Assembly: GCA_002376875.1 (NCBI GenBank)
Contig: DFOT01000001.1
Coordinates: forward strand, 40,659-104,658
Source of the DNA: Opitutia bacterium UBA3534
GTDB taxonomy: Bacteria; Verrucomicrobiota; Verrucomicrobiia; Opitutales; UBA3534
Reading direction: 5' to 3'
DNA: 64,000 nt
Part shown: in pieces, positions 46,145 to 55,680 of the stretch
How positions within the stretch are numbered: the stretch's first letter is position 1
Layout of the letters: the number at the start of each line of letters is the position of its first letter
The notes under the pieces: generated by a model
What the model was told of the DNA's origin: nothing
Seen by the model: only the letters and a program-made list of their open reading frames with translations
Databases searched by the model: none
Made by a program: the position numbers and the translations under genes

Positions 46145-46913
46145 TTGATGCCTGGTGCCCTGATAAGGCCTTGATAAATTTATTATAGAAATGGTCTTCT
46201 ATGATGCAAATGTCATTGTAAAAGCGCTCCCAAGGGAGACCAGCAAGGAGTCCTATGCGGCTTATTCTTTGTTGCTCGTTAGGGTTTTTAAGCAGAATGT
46301 TTAAGGCGATTCCTTTTTTGATGTTTACCGGCGCAGTGTTTTGTTTGCTTCCGATGTAGAGTGAGACGCAGTGCTCAATTTTTAAAAATGTTTTTTGCCT
46401 TAATTCTTCCGTGCTTCCTTCAATATCTAGTATCCTGAGTAGGCATTTAAGGGCATGGGTTATATGCTTATCTTCTAGGGGAGCTTGTATTAGAAGATAA
46501 TCAGCTCGATTATAAAAATACTTTCCTATGTCTGCTGAAAGTTTAGGCGAGCCTGCATTGTATTGAATGAGGCGGGCAGCTAGGGTGTTTCGTTTTTCCT
46601 CTTTCTCGAGGAGGCCTTGTTCTTGATAACGTTGGCTTTGATCAAAGAGGGCCTGGGCTGTTTGGAGGGCTTCCTTTTCTTTACCAAGGGTCCGTAATAG
46701 CTTCTTTGCGGTCGCTTTTGTTTGGGAAGACTCTTTTTTGAGTGCCTTGAGCTGCTGAAGCCTTTGCCGCTCTTGGAGCTGTCCTGAAACTTGATTCACG
46801 GTCCAGGAGGTTATAGACAGGATCAAGTCGACTGTAAATGTATGAGGTTCCGTTGCTTTAGAAGCAATCGCCCGAGTTATTGTGTCCATTGGGGGTGTGT
46901 ATAGATCCCCCAT
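46134..46913 (-). CDS. hypothetical protein (259 aa), downstream of the response regulator
   Basis: ORF 14 nt after the REC gene on the same strand. Contains a coiled-coil-like Q/E/K-rich segment; no domain recognised. Confidence 0.45.
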   Translation of the reverse strand: MGDLYTPPMDTITRAIASKATEPHTFTVDLILSITSWTVNQVSGQLQERQRLQQLKALKKESSQTKATAKKLLRTLGKEKEALQTAQALFDQSQRYQEQGLLEKEEKRNTLAARLIQYNAGSPKLSADIGKYFYNRADYLLIQAPLEDKHITHALKCLLRILDIEGSTEELRQKTFLKIEHCVSLYIGSKQNTAPVNIKKGIALNILLKNPNEQQRISRIGLLAGLPWERFYNDICIIEDHFYNKFIKALSGHQASTTG

Positions 46914-46927
46914 AGCTCTTTTATAGC

Positions 46928-47359
46928 CTAAAGAGTGCCGCTAGCTTTGAGCATGTTGATTTCACTCGCAATGCTAGGGCTAAAGTATTTGCTGCCTTCT
47001 TTTAGAGTATCAATAGCTTGTTTGATATGTTTCATCCCTTCGGATTTTTCTACAAAACCATCAACGCCACCACTGACAGCAATTTTGATAAACTTGGCAT
47101 TTACTGATCCTGAGAAGATGAGCACTTTTGTGTTGGGGAGGCGCATTTTGAGGACCTGAAGAATTTCTAGACCGTTTACTTCTGGGAGTCTTATATCAAC
47201 AATGGCGAGGTCAGGCGCTTTCTCGATACACTCATTGATTGCCTGTTGTCCGTTGCCACTGCTCCCGACAATTTCCATATCAGGCAGGGTCATTTCAAAG
47301 TATTCGTAAAAAAGGTTGCGCAAGACATCTTCGTCTTCTATCACAAAAACTGTTTTCAT
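46928..47359 (-). CDS. stand-alone response-regulator receiver (REC) protein
   Basis: VFVIEDED, phospho-acceptor context LAIVDIRLPEVNG, T/S (IFSGS) and K (FVEKS). 143 aa with no output domain. Confidence 0.8.
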   Translation of the reverse strand: MKTVFVIEDEDVLRNLFYEYFEMTLPDMEIVGSSGNGQQAINECIEKAPDLAIVDIRLPEVNGLEILQVLKMRLPNTKVLIFSGSVNAKFIKIAVSGGVDGFVEKSEGMKHIKQAIDTLKEGSKYFSPSIASEINMLKASGTL

Positions 47360-47450
47360 AATCAGGGTAATTTCGATTTGGAGTTAAGCCCTAATCCTAA
47401 CTTACTTAAGGCCCGAGTGCGAGCTTTTTTGAGCAAAATTTAGATTATTG

Positions 47451-47906
47451 ATGTTACATGTAGTCCTCTTTCAGCCTCAGATACCTCAGAATACCGGCAA
47501 TATCGGTAGGCTTTGTGCTTTTACAAAGAGTCGTTTGCATCTTATTCACCCTCTGGGGTTTGCGCTGACGGATACTCACCTAAAACGTAGCGGGATGGAC
47601 TACTGGGAGTATCTAGATGTGCACCATCACGCTGACTGGGAGGCTTTCCGGCAAAGTGATTTAGGGCCTAAGCGGTTGTGGCTTTTTACGACCCATGCTC
47701 AGGAGGCTTTTTGGGATGTTGCTTATGAGGATGAGGACGGTTTATTATTTGGAAATGAGGGAGCTGGGTGTCCAGAGTGGCTCCATGAGGCGGTAGGACC
47801 TGATTCGAGGGTCACAATACCGAACCAAGAGCCTAGGTTACGCTCCTTAAATCTTGCTACAAGTGTAGGGATCGGAGTGTATGGTGCGCTCAAGGTGCTT
47901 TCTTGA
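47451..47906 (+). CDS. trmL: tRNA (cytidine/uridine-2'-O)-methyltransferase TrmL (SpoU/TrmH family)
   Basis: MLHVVLFQPQIPQNTGNIGRLCA..., LLFGNEGAG, SLNLATSVGI. Confidence 0.85.
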   Translation: MLHVVLFQPQIPQNTGNIGRLCAFTKSRLHLIHPLGFALTDTHLKRSGMDYWEYLDVHHHADWEAFRQSDLGPKRLWLFTTHAQEAFWDVAYEDEDGLLFGNEGAGCPEWLHEAVGPDSRVTIPNQEPRLRSLNLATSVGIGVYGALKVLS

Positions 47907-47992
47907 TATTTTTGTTTCAATTGTTGGGCTTGGGAATACTTTTTTAATGACTTTTCCCCTAAAAGATGCGATAAAAAAGACCCTCTCGTATC

Positions 47993-50542
47993 ATGATGAA
48001 TTCCCGATTCCGTTTTTTTGTATTTGCTTTACTTTTATTATTTCCCTGGTGCCTTCAGGCTAAGCAATCTGGAATAACTCCCGACCAGTTAAAGGTTTTC
48101 CAGCAGCTTTCCCCAGATCAGCAAAAGCAATTTTTAAAGGCAAAAGAGAGAAATGCTTCTTCAAAAGGTACAGAATTTCACGAACCACCTGCGATTGTAA
48201 AGCCTCGTGACCCTCAAGACGGGCGTTACACAACAACGGGAGAGTTAAATGAAAAGCGTAAGGTAGAGCTTATTCGCCAAGGGCGCCCCACAAGTCTTGA
48301 TGCTGACCCTGACACGAGGCAAGAACAGGTGACTATTTCTGAGTGGGGTTTGGAAACGGTTGCTTACACGAATGATGAAATTAAGCCTTTTGGGTATGAG
48401 CTCTTTGCGGGAACCCCAAGTACATTTGCTCCAGCAAATGATATTCCTACACCGGTTAACTATGTTGTGGGGCCTGGAGATGTGGTTGATGTACAGCTTT
48501 ACGGTAAAGAGAATGAGGAATATTCTTTAGTTGTCTCGCGAGAGGGAGAGTTGCACTTTCCTGAGGTTGGGCCCATTACAGTAGCAGGCCTCAGGTATGA
48601 GGAGATGCTCTCTTTAGTCTCAGAGGAAGTCACTAAGAGGATGATTGGAGTGAAGGTGAAGATCGCCATGGGTCGTTTGCATTCCGTGGGGGTTTTTGTT
48701 CTGGGGGATGCTTATCGACCGGGGTCTTATACCGTGAGTGCTCTTTCAACGATGACTAACGCTCTATTTGTGAGCGGGGGAGTTGAGCACATTGGAAGCT
48801 TGCGTAAAATTCAATTAAAACGCCAGGGAGAGCTTGTCACACAACTGGATTTATATGATTTCCTCTTGGATGGTAATACAAGTGGAGATGCGCGCTTACA
48901 GCCGGGAGATGTTATTTTTGTGCCTCCTGTGGGGCCTCGTGCTACGATTGCTGGTTCTGTGCGTCGTCCAGCAATTTACGAGTTAAATGGAGAAGTAACC
49001 TTGGGTGAAGTTTTAGAGCTAGCGGGCGGAACTTTAGCGACTGCTTATTTGCCTTTATGCCGCATCGAGCGTTTGAATGATAAGGGGGAGCGTACTTTAT
49101 TAGTTGTTGATCTGGAGAAAGACCGAGCCCTGGAGACAGCAATTAGTGATGGGGATATTATTAGTTTGGGTTCTGCTCTAGATGAATTTGGAAGCGCTAT
49201 TACCGTTAGGGGACACGTGAAGCGACCAGGCGCTGTTCAATGGGCGAAAGGGATGCATCTCAGTGATGTGATTAACTCTCCCCATATGTTGCTAGCGAAG
49301 GCAGATCTTTCTTATGTCTTGATCCGGCGTGAGATTTCAATTGATAGGCGTATTGAGTTAAGATCTGTGGATTTAGCAGAGTTTTTCTCTAATCCGCAGT
49401 CTTCCCAAAATATTGAGCTGCAACCTCGGGACGAGATTATCGTATTCCCTTTAGGAGATCAAAAAATACGTGAAGCAGTATTGGTAGACTTAATTGAAGA
49501 GTTACGTTTGCAAGCCACAGAGGGAGAGCCCGTCCGTGTTGTTAGCGTAGTGGGTTCGATTCAATCCCCTGGAGAATACCCTTTGGAAGCAGCTATGCGT
49601 GTTTCGAGTTTGATTCGTGCCTCTGGTAGTTTGCAGGATGCCGCCTACATGCACAGTGCTGAAGTGACACGATACACTCCTAGCCAGGAGAATGGGCTTC
49701 AGATCCAACATATTAGTATCGATCTTTCAAAGGCTTTGGCTGGAGATAAGGTGCATGACATCCTTTTGCAGCCTTATGATCGTTTGCATATCAAGCCGCT
49801 GCCAGAGTTTGCTTCACGAGGAATTGTTGAGTTAGCAGGGGAGGTTCAGTTTCCTGGGACTTATACTATTCGTAGAGGCGAAAGCCTACGTGATCTTCTA
49901 GATCGAGCAGGTGGCCTCACACAGCGGGCTTATCCTGAAGGGGCTGTCTTCTTAAGGGAAGCATTGCGCAAGCGTGAGCAGGAAACGCTCGACAGGCTTG
50001 CCAAACAAGCAGAGTCTGACTTAGCAGCCTATGCACTCCAGGAAGCTGCAGGAGTAGCCAGTAAGGATCTTGGTAATATAGCTGCGGCTCTTGGGCCGCT
50101 CCTTGCAGACCTTAAAAAGGCAGAAGCTGTGGGGCGCCTAGTGATTGATTTACCTGCTATTCTGAAAGATGAGCGTAATGATATTATTTTAGAAGATGGA
50201 GATAGAATTGCGGTTCCTTACAAGCCTGTCTCTGTTGCAGTGATGGGAGAGGTTCAGTTTCCAACCTCACATATGTACAACAAGAAGTGGTCCCGTAGGA
50301 GTTATGTGGATTCTAGCGGAGGCTTGACTTATAAGGCAGATAGACAGCGTATTTATGTGGTACGTGCGAATGGATCTGTGATGCCTAAACGCACCTTTGG
50401 ATGCACGAATGTACTCCCAGGAGATACTATTGTCGTTCCTCTTAAGGTGGATAGGATGTCTCAACTAACGTTATGGACGGCAGCAACCCAAATTATATAT
50501 AACTTGGCTGTTTCTACGGCTGCAGTTAAGAGCATTTTTTAA
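47993..50542 (+). CDS. polysaccharide export protein (Wza-like Poly_export domain plus multiple SLBB repeats)
   Basis: Signal peptide. YVVGPGDVVDVQLYG......LVVSREGELHFPEVGPITVAGL, followed by repeated G.V..PG.Y.......L.DLL..AGG modules. Confidence 0.8.
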   Translation: MMNSRFRFFVFALLLLFPWCLQAKQSGITPDQLKVFQQLSPDQQKQFLKAKERNASSKGTEFHEPPAIVKPRDPQDGRYTTTGELNEKRKVELIRQGRPTSLDADPDTRQEQVTISEWGLETVAYTNDEIKPFGYELFAGTPSTFAPANDIPTPVNYVVGPGDVVDVQLYGKENEEYSLVVSREGELHFPEVGPITVAGLRYEEMLSLVSEEVTKRMIGVKVKIAMGRLHSVGVFVLGDAYRPGSYTVSALSTMTNALFVSGGVEHIGSLRKIQLKRQGELVTQLDLYDFLLDGNTSGDARLQPGDVIFVPPVGPRATIAGSVRRPAIYELNGEVTLGEVLELAGGTLATAYLPLCRIERLNDKGERTLLVVDLEKDRALETAISDGDIISLGSALDEFGSAITVRGHVKRPGAVQWAKGMHLSDVINSPHMLLAKADLSYVLIRREISIDRRIELRSVDLAEFFSNPQSSQNIELQPRDEIIVFPLGDQKIREAVLVDLIEELRLQATEGEPVRVVSVVGSIQSPGEYPLEAAMRVSSLIRASGSLQDAAYMHSAEVTRYTPSQENGLQIQHISIDLSKALAGDKVHDILLQPYDRLHIKPLPEFASRGIVELAGEVQFPGTYTIRRGESLRDLLDRAGGLTQRAYPEGAVFLREALRKREQETLDRLAKQAESDLAAYALQEAAGVASKDLGNIAAALGPLLADLKKAEAVGRLVIDLPAILKDERNDIILEDGDRIAVPYKPVSVAVMGEVQFPTSHMYNKKWSRRSYVDSSGGLTYKADRQRIYVVRANGSVMPKRTFGCTNVLPGDTIVVPLKVDRMSQLTLWTAATQIIYNLAVSTAAVKSIF

Positions 50543-50553
50543 TTAGAAAAATT

Positions 50554-51501
50554 ATGTCAGAAGGGTTTCACAGTACAGGAGTTTTAGAGCGCCCCCAAGA
50601 GCAGGAGCAGAGTAGCTATAGTCATATTCAAGCTTCAGGTAATGAAGGGATTGATTTAGTTGCAGTCACTCGGAAGCTTCTTGATTGCCGTAAGTTTATT
50701 GCGATAGTAGGTCTGCTTGGTTTTTTAGTATCTGTTGCTATTGCTTTGGCTATAACACCTACTTACAAGGCAGAAATAACAGTAGCTCCTGTTAGTGAAA
50801 ATGATGGTTCAGGGAAACTGTCTTCTACTTTAGGTAATATGGGGCTTGGTTTTGCGTCTAACTTATTAGGAACGAATGGAGATAACAAAGCAGAGATTGC
50901 TTTAGCTACTATTAAGTCTCGTGCATTCCTGTTTTCTTTTATGGAGGACTACGATTTACTTCCGGTCTTGTTCCCCAAGCAATGGGATGCTAAGAGGCAG
51001 TCTTGGAAGAAACAGGATCCGAAAAAGCAACCCACTTTGTTTAAAGGGCACCAGCTATTTGTAAAAAAGATCCTAAAAGTAACTCAAGATAAGAAGACTG
51101 GTTTGGTTGCTATGTCTATCGAATGGCGTAACCCACAGCAGGCAGCTCAGTGGGCTAATATCTTAGTGCAGAGACTGAATGATCAGATGCGTGCTCAGGC
51201 TATTGTAGAGTACGAGAAGCAAAATGATTATTTAGCCAGGGAGGTTCAAAAGACAAGTGTGGTTCATGTTCAGGAGGCGATGTTTCATTTGATTGAGACC
51301 CAAACAAAAGAAGCTATGCTGGCTAATGTGACTGAAGAATTTGCCTTTAAGATTATAGATCCTGCTATTGTTCCTGAAGAACGCTCAAAGCCCAAGCGTA
51401 AACTCATTGTTGCTGCGGGTTCCTTTTTGGGGCTGTTCTTGGGGTGCTTCTTGGTCTTTGCAAATGACTTTAGACAACAGGTTTTGCGTACGAGGCAATA
51501 A
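50554..51501 (+). CDS. Wzz/chain-length-determinant (PCP) family protein without kinase domain
   Basis: N-terminal TM (FIAIVGLLGFLVSVAIALAI), periplasmic coiled region, and C-terminal P-rich segment plus TM (PKRKLIVAAGSFLGLFLGCFLVF). Confidence 0.7.
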   Translation: MSEGFHSTGVLERPQEQEQSSYSHIQASGNEGIDLVAVTRKLLDCRKFIAIVGLLGFLVSVAIALAITPTYKAEITVAPVSENDGSGKLSSTLGNMGLGFASNLLGTNGDNKAEIALATIKSRAFLFSFMEDYDLLPVLFPKQWDAKRQSWKKQDPKKQPTLFKGHQLFVKKILKVTQDKKTGLVAMSIEWRNPQQAAQWANILVQRLNDQMRAQAIVEYEKQNDYLAREVQKTSVVHVQEAMFHLIETQTKEAMLANVTEEFAFKIIDPAIVPEERSKPKRKLIVAAGSFLGLFLGCFLVFANDFRQQVLRTRQ

Positions 51502-51506
51502 GTTTC

Positions 51507-52691
51507 TTAGCCTCCTTTGGCTTCAGTAATCATTTTTTCGTAAATTTGGCAGTAATTTGAAATCATTGCTTCTGTGCTGAATCTCTTACTGTTCTCTAGA
51601 CCTGCTTCGATTTGTTTTTCACGCTCTTGCTCAGGTTGGTTTAAGGTCCATGCGACAATTTCTGCAGAGACTTCAGCCCAAGTATCAAGATCTTTCATGG
51701 ATTGGACTGAGGGCATATAGCGTGCCGCAGTACCTCCGACTTCGGTCAGTGGGGCAATCTCTGTGGCAATAACGGGGCATCCGCATGCTTGAGCTTCTAG
51801 GACAGGCCATCCAAAGCCTTCATACAGTGAGGGGAAGATCAGGAGCTCAGCCTTGGAATATAAGGCGCGTAGGTCTTCGTTGTTTACATTACAAATAAAG
51901 TGTACACGGTTTTCAAAATGATTTTCCTTGATCCAGTAGGTGAACATTTCTGCGGGAGGAGGCCCTGCCAAAACGAGATCTACTTTTTTAGTTTGAAGAG
52001 CTTGGAGTTCTTTAAATAAATAGAGTAAGCCTTGCTTATTTTTATACCAAGCATCACTTCCTACATAGAAAATATAAGGGTTTGTGAGTTTTGGGAGTAG
52101 GTCTTGAACTCTTTTTGCTGCAGCTTCTTTTGCTAAAGGCGTATAGGGGTAGTTAAAACCCATATAGGTATAGGATGCGATGTGCTTGTCTACTTGTGCA
52201 ATGTCTATTAGATCCTGTAGGCTTTTTTTTGAGATACAGGTGATACGCTTTGCTTTCTTGAGGCCTTTAAGAATCACCCACTGGAGCATTTTTCCTGTGA
52301 AGCGTGTCTGGTGCTCAGGTGTTTTGCCGAGTGCAGACTTGATCGCAATAAGATCATTACAAGTAACTAGATGTGGTGTTTTTTGAAGGAATAGAGAACA
52401 AAATGCATTAGAGTGGTCACAAATATGAACAAGTAAGGGTTGGCTTGCCGGAACAACACGTAGAACTGCCTTTAAGAAGAAGGGAAATACAAAAAGTTTA
52501 TCGAGATAACCTAGCCATTTACTGAGGGCTGGATAGTTTCTGGCCCATTTGCCAAAGAGGGGTTTAGGCTCGATGCGTGCATACAGTAGACCTCTCTTTT
52601 TTAGCTCCTGTTCAAGAATATCAGCAAAGCGAAGCATACTTTCTTGCTTGTCTGCTGTATAGTTGCTGACCAGTAGAACTTTTAAGCGCAT
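51507..52691 (-). CDS. glycosyltransferase, GT4 (GT-B) family
   Basis: LIFPSLYEGFGWPVLEAQACGCPVIAT (EX7E motif). Confidence 0.8.
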   Translation of the reverse strand: MRLKVLLVSNYTADKQESMLRFADILEQELKKRGLLYARIEPKPLFGKWARNYPALSKWLGYLDKLFVFPFFLKAVLRVVPASQPLLVHICDHSNAFCSLFLQKTPHLVTCNDLIAIKSALGKTPEHQTRFTGKMLQWVILKGLKKAKRITCISKKSLQDLIDIAQVDKHIASYTYMGFNYPYTPLAKEAAAKRVQDLLPKLTNPYIFYVGSDAWYKNKQGLLYLFKELQALQTKKVDLVLAGPPPAEMFTYWIKENHFENRVHFICNVNNEDLRALYSKAELLIFPSLYEGFGWPVLEAQACGCPVIATEIAPLTEVGGTAARYMPSVQSMKDLDTWAEVSAEIVAWTLNQPEQEREKQIEAGLENSKRFSTEAMISNYCQIYEKMITEAKGG

Positions 52692-52716
52692 TCAAAAAAA
52701 GTGTTACAGAGGGGCT

Positions 52717-54183
52717 CTAAGGTGTTTCTTCCTTAGGTCTCATGGGGTTGTGGTTGCCTGGGGCAGGTCTTTTTTGTTTTGGGGTTGGTATAGGGCGCTG
52801 GGGTGCGGGGCGTTTGACCGGGCGATTGCCTCCGGGTCTTGGTCTAATGTCACTCATTGCAAGCACCCGACTGGCTAAACGCCTACGCTTGGTTTTTTGC
52901 ATGGCGCTTTCGGTCGGCGAGTTACAGGCACCGAGTGCTAGCCCTGCACCCATTATTGAAAACCCAAGAATTGTAGGTGGAGCCCATTGTCCATTCAGAA
53001 GGAGTAACGCTACTGCTGAAAAAATAAGTATAGGCAGGCTATTGCCCCGTTTAAGTGCGCTATAAGCGGCTGCAAATACAAAGAATGTCAGGACGACGCG
53101 ATAAAGAATGAAGCCCATCCCTAAAATAGGCCCAAGTTCACTCATTGTTCGTGTCCATTCATACTCTCCAAGTGTAAATCCTACTTTACCTGTTGTTAGC
53201 TTTGCTCCGACATTTGATCCTAGGCCGATGCCATAACCAATTAATGGAATTTGTGGGAGTAGCTCAAAGGGTTCAGTCAGCGTTTTGAAAAAGCGCGCTA
53301 CAATAGCTGTTTGGACACCTCCTTGGGCATCTCCAGTTGATTCTTGCCAGCGAGTTCCAAAGGTCTCCATTCCTTCACTAAAGGCAGGTAAGAAGTTTAA
53401 CCCAACAAGAATGATACAGCTAATGACCATCACACGAGATAGGATTTTAGATAAACCAGGCAAGTGATAGATAGAAAAAGCACCTGCAGCAACAACAGTA
53501 GCCACCGTGAGGGCAAAGAGACGGCTGATTGAAATAGGAACTGCGATGATAATAGCCCCTGCTGTGGCTACAATAAAAGCAAGTTTGACCGGTTTTTTAT
53601 GAATGACAATATTGATGAGAAAAGCAGTTGCCAGAGGGTAGAAAGCCGCAGGGCCACTAATAAAAGAGAATGTCCCTGGGGGGCGGAAACGACCTAGAGC
53701 CCCTGCAACCGAGAAGCCGGAGATCCCCCCTGGTTTTTTATTAATAAAGTGAGTGTAAGGAGCATAGAACTGAAGAATCATCAGCAATGTCATCGGCACT
53801 GTCAGCAGTAAGATAAATTTCCCTATTTTGTAGACATCATCCCGGGTGAGGATGTTCCCCATAATAAATATTAAAGGAATATGAAGGTAGTTAACCCGTA
53901 GTCCGTACAAAGTGACCATGAGGTTGCTTTTGTCGCTGAATAACCCAAAGAAGAAGGAAAAGACAGCTAGGAGTATGAGGTTAAATATCCATGCTCCAGG
54001 CTTTGTCTGAAAATTCTTCATGTACATGAAGTAAATTAAGACAACAACAGGGTCTCTGATAATAAGGAGTGGGTTTGATAGCCCAGGAAGTACCCACTTT
54101 CTTAAGGCTCCTTCAAAAATAAGTAAAATCAGGTAGAGCCATATAAGGCGCTTGATGAACTGTGTAGGGTCAGGGGTGCGCAT
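52717..54183 (-). CDS. polytopic membrane protein, O-antigen polymerase/ligase (Wzy/WaaL)-like, with Arg/Pro-rich C-terminal tail
   Basis: At least 10 hydrophobic segments, located in a polysaccharide cluster, with the tail ...RPRPGGNRPVKRPAPQRPIPTPKQKRPAPGNHNPMRPKEETP. The family call rests on topology and context only. Confidence 0.55.
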   Translation of the reverse strand: MRTPDPTQFIKRLIWLYLILLIFEGALRKWVLPGLSNPLLIIRDPVVVLIYFMYMKNFQTKPGAWIFNLILLAVFSFFFGLFSDKSNLMVTLYGLRVNYLHIPLIFIMGNILTRDDVYKIGKFILLLTVPMTLLMILQFYAPYTHFINKKPGGISGFSVAGALGRFRPPGTFSFISGPAAFYPLATAFLINIVIHKKPVKLAFIVATAGAIIIAVPISISRLFALTVATVVAAGAFSIYHLPGLSKILSRVMVISCIILVGLNFLPAFSEGMETFGTRWQESTGDAQGGVQTAIVARFFKTLTEPFELLPQIPLIGYGIGLGSNVGAKLTTGKVGFTLGEYEWTRTMSELGPILGMGFILYRVVLTFFVFAAAYSALKRGNSLPILIFSAVALLLLNGQWAPPTILGFSIMGAGLALGACNSPTESAMQKTKRRRLASRVLAMSDIRPRPGGNRPVKRPAPQRPIPTPKQKRPAPGNHNPMRPKEETP

Positions 54184-54689
54184 TACTTTGCTTTAACTAT
54201 GCTATCTAGGATGATATTTTCGATTTTAAGCAAAGTAATTACTTTAGACTCTATCTTTGTTATACCCTCAATGTAGCGCTGATTGATTTGAGCCCCTAGC
54301 TCCAGATTGTCTTCTATCTGGGAGCTTATGATGCTTGTTACATCATTGACTTTATCCACGCTGATACCAGTTAGAGAGGCTCCCTTTTGAGGGACAAGGA
54401 TTTCAACAACAATAATATAAGATTCTTGCTTTTTTTCGGCCGGCTCCATCTCTAGTTTTGTACGCATGTCAATGACGGGAACAACCTTCCCTCTTAGGTT
54501 AATCGCTCCTTTCACAAAATTGGGTACATTAGGGATGGGTGTAATTTGCGTTTGCTGAATAACCTCTTGAGAGACTTGGACTGGGATTCCGTAATGTTCA
54601 TCAGCAAGCCTAAAAAGGAGATATTTTTGGACAGAAATCTCTTGTTCTTCTTTGAGTGTAGGTTCTGTAGGGGGTTCGGTTGTAGGCAT
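54183..54689 (-). CDS. cheW: CheW-like coupling protein
   Basis: YLLFRLADEHYGIPVQVSQEVIQ...ITPIPNVPNFVKGAINLRGKVVPVIDMRTKL is a textbook CheW-domain pattern. ATG 54689 is preferred over TTG 54695. Its stop overlaps the start of the Wzy-like gene (TAATG). Confidence 0.85.
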   Translation of the reverse strand: MPTTEPPTEPTLKEEQEISVQKYLLFRLADEHYGIPVQVSQEVIQQTQITPIPNVPNFVKGAINLRGKVVPVIDMRTKLEMEPAEKKQESYIIVVEILVPQKGASLTGISVDKVNDVTSIISSQIEDNLELGAQINQRYIEGITKIESKVITLLKIENIILDSIVKAK

Positions 54690-54777
54690 AAGCAAAGGGG
54701 GCTAGTCTTTAGGTAAAAGGCTCTTTACTAAGAGGATGCTAAAACTTTAAAGAAGTTTTGTAAAGGGCCTTGTCTAA

Positions 54778-54812
54778 ATAGAAAAGCCGGATGAGGGGTA
54801 CATCCGGCTTTT
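54778..54812 (-). terminator. terminator-like hairpin inside the cheW leader (or 3' end of a small RNA)
   Basis: A 9-bp perfect stem AGCCGGATG/CATCCGGCT with a 7-nt loop. U-rich runs follow on both strands (TTTTCTTTAT on plus, TTTTCTATTT on minus). Confidence 0.45.
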
Positions 54813-54881
54813 CTTTATAGGTAACAATCTATTAGGGTAGGCTAGGGATCAATAGAAATTCGATACGTGTGGGACATGAGG

Positions 54882-54910
54882 ATTCTTGCAAGTTATTAGG
54901 TTTTTGTCAA
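54882..54910 (-). promoter_or_regulatory. sigma70-type promoter candidate on the minus strand (TTGACA-17 nt-AAGAAT)
   Basis: The plus strand shows TGTCAA at 54905-54910 and ATTCTT at 54882-54887, separated by 17 nt. It points toward cheW. Confidence 0.35.
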
Positions 54911-55041
54911 TCTTTTATAAGCTTTATATACAAGCAGATGCATGACCCTCTTAAGTCATTCTTTGTTGATTTGGCATCGGTTTCGGATCGACAAGAAAAT
55001 GTTTATAGAATAAATTCATTCAGAAAATAAGACTGCTTAAG

Positions 55042-55680
55042 ATGGATATTAAAATATTAGAGTTAGGCCCCCTTGCTACGAATGCTTATGTATTGCTGAA
55101 TAGAGGCTTTGGTGAAGCTTTTGTTGTGGATGCCCCTATGGGTGCAGTAGAGGCACTCGAGCCTATCCTGGAAGAAGCAGAGTGCATGCTCACTGGGGTG
55201 TTATTAACCCATGGGCATTGGGATCATATAGCAGAGGCTCAGGTGCTTAAAGAAAAAACAGGGGCTCAAGTCTATGCCCATATTGGGGATCGTTTATGGA
55301 TTGAAGACCCTATGATGATGGCCCCTTTTATGCCTGAAGGGCTTATTATAAAGCCTATTGAGGTTGATACCTGGCTGGAAGGGCAGTCTACTTGCGAGCT
55401 CTTGGGTGAGGCTGTTGAAATTAGAGAAGTACCTGGGCATGCACCTGGGAGTGTTCTTTTTTATTTTAGCGATTACGCCTGCGCTTTTGTTGGGGATGCG
55501 ATTTTTGCTGGTAGTGTAGGCCGTTATGATTTGCCCGGAGGGGATGGAGAGCAGCTCATGCAGGCAATTACCAGGCAAGTCTACACGCTACCTGAAGATA
55601 CAGTTCTGTACCCTGGGCATGGCCCTGCAACCACGGTAGAACAGGAGAAGAAGACTAATCCTTTTGTTAGAGGTGCTTGA
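55042..55680 (+). CDS. MBL-fold metallo-hydrolase (glyoxalase II-like)
   Basis: LLTHGHWDH metal motif, [18 protein letters not shown]. Confidence 0.8.
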   Translation: MDIKILELGPLATNAYVLLNRGFGEAFVVDAPMGAVEALEPILEEAECMLTGVLLTHGHWDHIAEAQVLKEKTGAQVYAHIGDRLWIEDPMMMAPFMPEGLIIKPIEVDTWLEGQSTCELLGEAVEIREVPGHAPGSVLFYFSDYACAFVGDAIFAGSVGRYDLPGGDGEQLMQAITRQVYTLPEDTVLYPGHGPATTVEQEKKTNPFVRGA

